From a virus (taxonomy: Duplodnaviria; Caudoviricetes), in IMG/VR virus record IMGVR_UViG_3300037247_001071, positions 1 to 52,884 of that record: a DNA stretch of 52,884 nt; one strand, given 5' to 3'. The notes under the pieces are model-generated. The model did no database searches and was not told the DNA's origin. It was given only the letters and a program-made list of their open reading frames with translations. The position numbers and the translations under genes are program-made. This document shows positions 45,809-52,884 of this stretch, in pieces; within the stretch, counting starts at the first letter, position 1, and every line of letters starts with the position of its first letter.

Positions 45809-46417
45809 CTAGCGTGCCGGCACGCCCTTCACAGTGGCGCCGGGTGGCACGTGTTTGGTGACTACGGAGCCGGCGCCGACAGTGGCCCAGGCTCCTATGT
45901 TGATTCCGGGTAAGATCGTGGCTCCGGCACCTATGTAGGCACCGGTGTCGAGGCAACACCGGCCACTGATGTTCACACCGTGCGCGATGAAGGAATGTGC
46001 CCCGATAAGGGTCTCGTGGCCGATGAGAGATCCCATGTGAATCGCAACGTTCGTTCCGAGAATGCAGCCGGCCTGGATCTTCACGCCCTCCTGGAAGTAG
46101 GCGCCTGGCCCAACGTGGGCATGCGCGCGACTCACGGACGGGTGAATCGCGGACGTGAGAGTATACCCTGCTACATGAATCTTGTCAAGGACTTCTTTCC
46201 GGGCGACCGTGGAATTGCAGACGGCGTTGATTACATTCGCGCGAGCGGGCGCCCCAGGGTACACAGGGTAGCCTAGATACTCGTGGTCATTCTCCGGGGT
46301 GTACTCGAACTTCTCCCAATCGTCGTCAAGGAAGGCCTCCAGCCGGTACCCCGGGATCGCCTCCACGAGCGCGACGAGCTCGGGGTTGCTGGCGCCGTAG
46401 ACGTACACGTGCTTCAT
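45809..46417 (-). CDS. PglD/NeuD-family hexapeptide-repeat sugar acetyltransferase
   Basis: VYGAS, FLDD, AIHPS, IGHE (catalytic His), IGAGATILPG, VGAGSVV, GVPAR. Confidence 0.9.
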   Translation of the reverse strand: MKHVYVYGASNPELVALVEAIPGYRLEAFLDDDWEKFEYTPENDHEYLGYPVYPGAPARANVINAVCNSTVARKEVLDKIHVAGYTLTSAIHPSVSRAHAHVGPGAYFQEGVKIQAGCILGTNVAIHMGSLIGHETLIGAHSFIAHGVNISGRCCLDTGAYIGAGATILPGINIGAWATVGAGSVVTKHVPPGATVKGVPAR

Positions 46418-46830
46418 TACGGCGCCTCCAGGATCGGCCGAGAACTACGGGGCTGTGCCGACTTCGCGCCGAAGCGGCGAACGGCCCAGTACCAGAGCTT
46501 CGCGCGCCAGCGCCACATGCCGGCCTTCACGAGGTGCTCGTAGAAGAGACGGTCTGCCTCCCAGCGGTAGCTCTTAGGCACAAGGCCCTGGCGCATGGCT
46601 TGGTACAGTGCGTCGTGGCACAGGGAGGCCCAGATCGAGGCCGGGGTGTCGCGGGTCGGGCCGCTGGGACCGTCCCAAGCATACCCGGGAGCGATGTGTA
46701 GTGTACCGCCCTTGTCCAGGCGCGCCCACATGTAGTCGAACTCGACCCCGAGGAGCATGAGCCCCAGGCTGAAGGTGGTCTCGGCGGCGCCGACGGCCAC
46801 TTGATACTTGTACCCCTTGCGGTACTTCAC
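46417..46830 (-). CDS. DUF1353-like protein
   Basis: WDGPS, ASLCHDALY, ADRLF, YWAVRRFG. Confidence 0.75.
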   Translation of the reverse strand: MKYRKGYKYQVAVGAAETTFSLGLMLLGVEFDYMWARLDKGGTLHIAPGYAWDGPSGPTRDTPASIWASLCHDALYQAMRQGLVPKSYRWEADRLFYEHLVKAGMWRWRAKLWYWAVRRFGAKSAQPRSSRPILEAP

Positions 46831-47102
46831 TCGTCCCACCCGATGTCCTTGCTGGCCTGTATCTGCTCGTCGTGAGGAGTCTTCTCACGTGCCCGAGCCA
46901 TGGCCGCGGAGAAGTATTCCCCGAGCTCGTCTTGAAACCACGGGCTCCCGACGGGCTCGAAACGCCACCGGCGCAGGAGTGCTGTATACGAGGCGTTGTC
47001 AATCCACTTGCGCATGTTCACTTCCGACATACCGAAAATCCTCTCGTAGTTGGTACTGTATTTGCGGGGGTCCACCCGGCGCAGGCGGTCACCTTTACTC
47101 AC
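46827..47102 (-). CDS. Hypothetical protein
   Basis: WIDNASY..LLRRWRF; start uncertain. Confidence 0.55.
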   Translation of the reverse strand: MSKGDRLRRVDPRKYSTNYERIFGMSEVNMRKWIDNASYTALLRRWRFEPVGSPWFQDELGEYFSAAMARAREKTPHDEQIQASKDIGWDE

Positions 47103-47319
47103 CGTCTGGCACTAACCCGTCCATGATTTCCTTCCAACACTCGGGACAGTAGGTGCAGTGAGTGTAGGGATCGAATGCGACCCAGCCTTTTGAGGCCATG
47201 TCCTCAATGGCCCCCCTTAAGGGCACGGTGCGCAGCGGCTCCTCGTAGGTTTGCTGAAGGGTCTTACACCCGTCAATGGTAGCGTCGCAGCCATCGCACT
47301 CAAATTTCACGGTTATCAT
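47095..47319 (-). CDS. Small Zn-finger protein
   Basis: CDGC...GW...YCPEC. Confidence 0.6.
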   Translation of the reverse strand: MITVKFECDGCDATIDGCKTLQQTYEEPLRTVPLRGAIEDMASKGWVAFDPYTHCTYCPECWKEIMDGLVPDGE

Positions 47320-47874
47320 GCGGTGAATGTCCTTCCTATTCGACGCAAAGTGAGGACGGCAGTTCGGATCTCGGACCCGACCCCGGGAGCTACCCAGGGC
47401 TCCAACACGCCGTCCTCACGTATTAGCCTACCATGCTCCCCGGGATCTGTCAAGAAGATTCTAGGGGAACGTACAGGGGGCACCATTTTGAATGGCGGCC
47501 GCCGACCTTGCCCGCCCCGCATTCGCATTTGGGTGGCCTGAGCGCCTCAGCGCAATTCAAGTGCGAGGTCCCATCGAGTGGGTAGAGATCGAGGTGCCCG
47601 AGAGGGTGTAGGCGCAGGGCCGCCTGCACCGCGGCGCTGCGAGGTTTGCCTGCCCCGCCCCCCTGATACAAAGGCACCTCGCGGATCGTAACGGTGACCT
47701 CGTAGTCACACTGGTCACAAAATACCATGACTCCAGGGGGCGTGCCCTTCTGCATGTAGTGATAGAGCTCCTTCGCAGATCTGCGAACAGTCTCCACGAG
47801 GAGATCCTTGCCAACCTGGGCAAGCTCCCAGCCTGCGAGACGCACAAGGAGGTGGCGCGGTGGGCTGGAGCTGC

Positions 47875-48180
47875 TCACTTGCGCACCAGCTTCGCAAGAG
47901 GCGGGGCAGCCTTGAACATCACCCCGCCGCCGGCCACGTTGTGGGCGGTCACGTCACGGAGGTAGGTGCCGCAGCAGGTGCAGAGGATCTCCGCGGGGCT
48001 CACGGTGTACGCTTTCCACGGGCGTCCCGCGCTGGCACAGGGAACCTCGACCACGACCATACCTTTTTTCTTGCCTCGGGCGACTACGCGAAGGAGCCGG
48101 CAGTAGCGCCACTCGTCCTTTACGTGAATGCGAAACCCGGAGGTGCGACCGGGCATGCTGTCGGTGTAGACGGTTTCCAT
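47875..48180 (-). CDS. Hypothetical protein with a Cys cluster
   Basis: ATG just after the stop of the variable ORF; CTCCG. Confidence 0.5.
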   Translation of the reverse strand: METVYTDSMPGRTSGFRIHVKDEWRYCRLLRVVARGKKKGMVVVEVPCASAGRPWKAYTVSPAEILCTCCGTYLRDVTAHNVAGGGVMFKAAPPLAKLVRK

Positions 48181-48183
48181 GGT

Positions 48184-48315
48184 TTACTTGTCCTTTCTAC
48201 GAAGCCAGCAAACTAGGCCGCGGGCCGTGAAAGGCTTCGGGTTATGCACCCGGGCTCGTGGCGTCCGTGGTGCGATGAGCAGAGGCCTGCGCTTCTTAGC
48301 TAAGGTCAAGGTCAA
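48184..48315 (-). CDS. Small basic hypothetical protein, allele B (43 aa)
   Basis: Hand translation MTLTLAKKRRPLLIAPRTPRARVHNPKPFTARGLVCWLRRKDK; same ends as 118..312. Confidence 0.5.
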   Translation of the reverse strand: MTLTLAKKRRPLLIAPRTPRARVHNPKPFTARGLVCWLRRKDK

Positions 48316-48480
48316 GCTCCCCTTTCAGCATACCCAACATGGCACGCAAGACTTTCTCGTTCACGAATACCCACATATCCGATTGACCGCTGGAAGACAA
48401 GGCATCGATAAGTATGTCCCCTTCGGGGTCTGGGGTGCCATCGGTGGTGTAGGTCCATCCCCCAGCGGTCCACGTAATTT

Positions 48481-49143
48481 TCACGGGTGCACTCCTTTCG
48501 GGCGGTTGTCCGCCGTGAGCTTGAGTTTTGTGCCGAACGCGGAGATGATGAGCCCCTCGCCCGGTATGGGTTCGGCCTGGCCGAGGGAGGCGGCGTCGAC
48601 ATAGGATCGGTGCAGGACCGCTTCTAGTGCGACCGCAATGTGTTTCAGGCTGAATGGCGCCTTCTCCACGAGCACGGGCACGGTCGCCAGCTGATCGGGC
48701 ACCCCCAGCCCGTCACCGGTGCGGAAGGCCTCGAACTTCTCGGGCGGGTGCCTGTGCCAGTGGAACAGGAAAAACGTCCTCTCGTCGAGTCCTAGGGGGT
48801 TCTTCTGGATCCCGGGGCCGGCCCACTCGCCATAGTGGTAGCCTTCGCCCAGAAACTCCACGAGGGCGGATTCATTGGCCCGGACCCAGGCGGCGAAGCC
48901 GTAGTTGTCGCGGCATTCGCGCTTCTGGATCGTGCGGCCGGTGTCATGGTCCACCATGCGGGGGATGTCGGGCTCGATAGCCCGCTTGCGGCTGCCGATG
49001 CAGGTGACGCGAAGATCAGTATCTTCTGGGTGCCGTGGATTCTCCTGGGCGACGACGATCAGCCCGTTCGTGCCGTCGATCTTTTCGGTGACCGACATGG
49101 TCGCGCCCGCCAGCCGGGCGATTTTCGGGTAGGGTTCGAACAT
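48481..49143 (-). CDS. RNA ligase (repeat copy)
   Basis: Identical to 478..1140. Confidence 0.8.
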   Translation of the reverse strand: MFEPYPKIARLAGATMSVTEKIDGTNGLIVVAQENPRHPEDTDLRVTCIGSRKRAIEPDIPRMVDHDTGRTIQKRECRDNYGFAAWVRANESALVEFLGEGYHYGEWAGPGIQKNPLGLDERTFFLFHWHRHPPEKFEAFRTGDGLGVPDQLATVPVLVEKAPFSLKHIAVALEAVLHRSYVDAASLGQAEPIPGEGLIISAFGTKLKLTADNRPKGVHP

Positions 49144-49292
49144 CTGTGTCACTTTCTATGATACCTGTGTCCCGGTACCCCAGGGTATATACTATATTAC
49201 ACACTACCCCCTATAGAACAGGGGGGTCGTGTTTTTACTTCACACACAACCCCCGGGGCAGCGCACGGCATAACCCCCGGGGTTCGTGGCGC

Positions 49293-50030
49293 TTAGAACG
49301 CCAGCGCCACCTCCGTGTCCACGGCCTCGTGCAGTCGGATCGTGCGACCCACGAGGCGCTCCGCGTTGGAGCCCTTCAGGGTCTCGGTGACAGCGTTGAA
49401 GAAGGTCCAGGCTGTGTCGCGGCCGTGCTCTTCGTGGCTCGGTGACTCGAACTCACTCAGGATCGCCGGGATCTTCGATGCGGGCAACCCGCCGCTGCGG
49501 ACCAACCTCATGAGCGTACGATCCACCGCCGGCTCCATGAACGCCGTTTCGCGGTACGTGGTGTACCGGGCGGCGAGGCGGTCGGCTTCACCTAGCAGCC
49601 GGTCGAGTCCGGACTCCACACGGCCCGGCAAGTCCCGCCGGCAGTACATGGTGTTCTTGCGAGAGACCCTCACCTCACCAGTGAAGGCGAGATTGTCGCA
49701 GACGAACACCTGGGAGCCCCCCACGAGGGACGCGGCGAAAGACTGGTCCAGGGAACCACGGATCCCGAGCGCCATGGTCCAGTCCGGGCTCACTGCCGAG
49801 CCCGGGTCCAGGATCAGGAGGCCGAAGTAGCGGAGTCCGTTCTTCGAGAGCGCGATTCGCTCCTCACGGATTTCGATCCCTCGCTCCTTGACGGAGTCCA
49901 CCACGGTGTCGCGGAGTACATCATGGGGCAAGGGGTAGTGACGGCTCCCGAGGATCTCGGGCTCGGGGACGCAACGCAGTTCGTCAAGCGTGGCGAACTT
50001 CGCACCAGAATCCAGAGCAAGCGTGGACAT
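49293..50030 (-). CDS. DUF932-like protein (repeat copy)
   Basis: Identical to 1290..2027. Confidence 0.75.
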   Translation of the reverse strand: MSTLALDSGAKFATLDELRCVPEPEILGSRHYPLPHDVLRDTVVDSVKERGIEIREERIALSKNGLRYFGLLILDPGSAVSPDWTMALGIRGSLDQSFAASLVGGSQVFVCDNLAFTGEVRVSRKNTMYCRRDLPGRVESGLDRLLGEADRLAARYTTYRETAFMEPAVDRTLMRLVRSGGLPASKIPAILSEFESPSHEEHGRDTAWTFFNAVTETLKGSNAERLVGRTIRLHEAVDTEVALAF

Positions 50031-50128
50031 ACTGGTTCCTTTCGGTGGGGGCGTGGCAAGTTGCCGTGCCGATTGTACTCAAGTATACCCGGTATACCAG
50101 AATCGTCAAGGAGGATCCCGTAAGTGGT

Positions 50129-50689
50129 CTAACTGTCGGCCTTTGTGAACATGTAGATTTCGAAGCTGCGGCACTTGTGGATGGACGGACAGGTTAGGCA
50201 ATTCCACCCGCAGACGTTGCCGATTTCCATGGCCACGTTAACGCTGCCGTCTTGATAGATGCCAGCGTTCGTCCACCCCGCCAGCGGCACGTCACGGCGC
50301 ACTGTGACGTACGCCACCCCGCCGGGCCGTAGCGCGGTCAGGATCCCTTGTACCACGAACATACGTTCCGCGGCGGTTGGGAGGGTGTCCAGGACGTGCG
50401 TGCAAAACACCACGTCAAAAGTCCCCATGGCGTGTTTGCCGCCTTCGGGGCAATGCACGGGGTCAAATCCCATGGCGTCTGCGCCGAGCCCCCGGAGCTC
50501 TTCAACGTCCTTCCCGTAGCCACACCCGTAATCCAGAACGCGCAGGCTCTTTTTGTAAAGGACATGCCCTTGCGTCGCAAGCCACCTACAAGGCACGCTC
50601 CAGGTTTTGCGGGTGAGCGCAGTGCGCCCAGACGCCTCGCGATGTTGGTGGATGATCTCGCTGGTGCTTGGTTCGTTGACGGTAGTCAT
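50129..50689 (-). CDS. SAM-dependent methyltransferase (repeat copy)
   Basis: Identical to 2126..2686. Confidence 0.8.
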   Translation of the reverse strand: MTTVNEPSTSEIIHQHREASGRTALTRKTWSVPCRWLATQGHVLYKKSLRVLDYGCGYGKDVEELRGLGADAMGFDPVHCPEGGKHAMGTFDVVFCTHVLDTLPTAAERMFVVQGILTALRPGGVAYVTVRRDVPLAGWTNAGIYQDGSVNVAMEIGNVCGWNCLTCPSIHKCRSFEIYMFTKADS

Positions 50690-50701
50690 TATGGCCACCT
50701 C

Positions 50702-51460
50702 CTAGTGTACCACGAACGCACCGGCATCGGCCGGGTTCGTGTTGCCCTTGAATGTGAGCCCCGCGACGGTGCCGGGGGGATCCATGAATCGCGCGTCGGT
50801 TTCGTCGGCGTCCAGCACCGGGAAGCCCTTCCACGTGGCGGGGAGCTCTCCGCTGAATACTATCGCGACGTTGCCGCCGGCGGCGAGCACACGGACGCAA
50901 TCGTTGTCATTGTCTCCGGAACGGGAAACCGTTACGTGGTAGTTTTCCCAGCTGGCCCGGCGGGTGTTCTTTGTGTAATCGTAGAATTGCACCCTCGGGA
51001 ACTGTTGCGCGAAGTTCCACGCGGGGATCACGTCGCTTGTGCCATTCAAGCGGATTGCGGGCAGCATGCCGAGTCTCTCTGCCTTGCGTGCATGCTGGCG
51101 GATTTCTTCGCGGAGCAGCGCCCAGAACACGGGCCTAGCGTACAGGAACAGCGCCGTTTTCCAGACTCGGGAGTTGCGCGACGGTCTGAAGACCATTTGC
51201 CCGCTACTGTGTCCGAGACATGCGACGCGACACCCCGCGGTTGCCCATGGACACATATCGCGTCCGGACTCTGTGGCTGGGGACAAGTAGGCGACGGCCG
51301 TAAGAATGCCCTTCTTCTCCCCTTTGAGGATCTTGACGGAAGCGCCTAGGATCCTAGGGTTTCGGGGCAACCGCGCGGCTCGCATTTGGGGTGTGGCGCG
51401 TGGATCGGTTTGGACGCTTGTCCATGCGGCATGGACTAGGTCGTGCAGTTTCCTTTGCAC
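50702..51460 (-). CDS. GP88-like protein (repeat copy)
   Basis: Identical to 2699..3457. Confidence 0.7.
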   Translation of the reverse strand: MQRKLHDLVHAAWTSVQTDPRATPQMRAARLPRNPRILGASVKILKGEKKGILTAVAYLSPATESGRDMCPWATAGCRVACLGHSSGQMVFRPSRNSRVWKTALFLYARPVFWALLREEIRQHARKAERLGMLPAIRLNGTSDVIPAWNFAQQFPRVQFYDYTKNTRRASWENYHVTVSRSGDNDNDCVRVLAAGGNVAIVFSGELPATWKGFPVLDADETDARFMDPPGTVAGLTFKGNTNPADAGAFVVH

Positions 51461-51462
51461 GG

Positions 51463-51681
51463 CTAGACCTTTTCCAGGTTACCGAAGTTGAAGTGTCGTG
51501 CGCGACCGAGTGGGTCGATTTCGTCAACGGCTACGAATGGTCCACCCTTCTTGCAGAGTCCGCAGCTGCACACTTGAATGATCCAGCGTGACAGCCCTTC
51601 TCCGCCTACGTACTGTCCGGTGTTCCGAAGGAATTCTCTGGTGAGGCGGACGCGGGTTCCGGGTTCTGGTTTCGCTCTCAT
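51463..51681 (-). CDS. Hypothetical CxCxxC protein (repeat copy)
   Basis: Identical to 3460..3678. Confidence 0.6.
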   Translation of the reverse strand: MRAKPEPGTRVRLTREFLRNTGQYVGGEGLSRWIIQVCSCGLCKKGGPFVAVDEIDPLGRARHFNFGNLEKV

Positions 51682-51986
51682 TTCGTGCCTTTCCAGCTGG
51701 CGTTGGCGTACGAGCGCGCCTTTACAAGCGCGATCTTGAGAGTAGTGTGTTCCTGGAACGCACCCACCGTTTGGATCTGGCCACTTCGGTTAGAGAAGCG
51801 GACAGTGTATCTGGGAAACCCGTTAGGGCTCTCGGAACTGACGAAGTAAACACCACGCTTGCCCCGGTAGCTGCCAGGGAACACGATGCTGGAGACGCGG
51901 GACTTGAAGAGCCGCATAGTGGCGGGGTCGAACCATGAATGTCCAGTCTCGCCATTTCGTTGCTTGATGTCACCAAGGGTGAACAC
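51678..51986 (-). CDS. Conserved early hypothetical protein (repeat copy)
   Basis: Identical to 3675..3983. Confidence 0.65.
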   Translation of the reverse strand: MFTLGDIKQRNGETGHSWFDPATMRLFKSRVSSIVFPGSYRGKRGVYFVSSESPNGFPRYTVRFSNRSGQIQTVGAFQEHTTLKIALVKARSYANASWKGTK

Positions 51987-52884
51987 AGTAGACTCCTTCC
52001 GGTTAGTCGGACTCGCCGCGCATAAGGGCTACGATGCGGGCCACGACATGGATCAGCATGACAACCGCGAGACTGCTCCACATTATGCTTTCTCCTGACA
52101 CTTCTGGCATTGTCCGGTGATCAGGTATTCGCGTCGGCTTAACTCACTTGTGAAGTCTGTAGCCTTGCCGTCGCAGTATGCGCACTCGTCTGCGAGGATC
52201 GCCGTGCGTCGGCGAGGAAAGAAGTTGTCAACGGGACGGCGTGGTCCGGGGTCGGCCATGTTACTGTCCGTCCACGAGGTTGACCAGCGAGGTCAGGATT
52301 TGTGTTGCGGCGTAGAACGCGAAGGTGATGGGAACGAGGATCGCAGCGGCTTTCCAGCGGTAGTCCATTACTTCCTCCTCTGTTGCGCGTCTCTGCGTTG
52401 ATGCTCCAGCTTCGCCAGCAAAAGATCTCGTGTGATTTTTGTGGCGAGAGCAACACGGTGTGGGTCGTTCGACTTGAGCGCTTCGGCGATTGCCTCTGCA
52501 ATCTGTTGCGCGATCACTGTCGAGGACATGTCTACCCTCCGTTCTTGCCGCCTTCATTGGCGACACTTCAGACTATCATGTGGAAGCGTATCTGTCCAAT
52601 GGAATTGGCAAGTAAACTCTAACTCGTGGTGTGATAGGCAGTTATGGTAGTCGCACGAGAGACTACAGAGCACCAGTACAGTGATAGGCGTGGATCGGGG
52701 TGGTGCGGCTCGGACCCAATTGGTCCAGCCCGCACGTACAGCATGGTATGCACCGTCCCGCCCCGAAAGTATAAGGCATGCGCGTGGTGTGGTGCGGTCC
52801 GCTCCGTTACTGTAAGCGCCGTGCCAGGTTAGGGGTGTAGCAAGTAGCGTGCCGGGTGGGGTGGGTATGGTTTTTGCATGGGCG

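Larger units (their letters stand above)
48067..52884. repeat. Long terminal direct repeat, right copy
   Basis: Second copy of 1..4881. By eye it differs only at ~48194..48297 versus 128..294. Confidence 0.95.

Noticed and set aside
1-52884. Prophage or temperate lifestyle
   Set aside because: No integrase, partition genes, CI-like repressor or host flanking genes were seen.

Overview
This window is an apparently complete, high-GC, lytic podovirus-like phage genome. The unit length is about 48 kb, plus a ~4.8 kb terminal direct repeat (1..4881 vs 48067..52884). (i) The repeat holds a minus-strand early/host-takeover cluster: small membrane and Zn proteins, a GP88-like Cys-motif protein, a SAM methyltransferase, a DUF932-like protein and an RNA ligase. 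(ii) A short regulatory block follows, with a sigma-region-4-like HTH and a GIY-YIG nuclease. (iii) The plus-strand late operon (6261..35490) encodes terminase, portal, scaffold, capsid, tail adaptor and nozzle, three paralogous fibre-like proteins, four ejection proteins, an atypical tRNA(CAU) and 2-3 glycosyltransferases. (iv) The minus-strand middle operon (~35440..48480) encodes a family A DNA polymerase, a helicase-like ATPase, PD-(D/E)XK and HNH nucleases, dNMP kinase, MazG-like and HD nucleotidases. The strongest lead is a dehydratase/aminotransferase/acetyltransferase trio (PglF/E/D- or viosamine-like) interleaved with the nucleotide-pool genes. Two of the three are translationally coupled to the MazG-like gene and to a polymerase with an altered O-helix, while the glycosyltransferases sit among virion genes. 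This points to phage-made amino-sugar modification of the virion or the DNA. Other notable features are an in-frame allele swap between the two terminal repeat copies, a conserved ~64-bp element heading both major operons, clustered sigma-54-like motifs at the genome end, twin 31-aa micro-ORFs, and Tyr/Trp/Cys-free ejection proteins. All functional calls come from motif recognition by eye; no database search was run.
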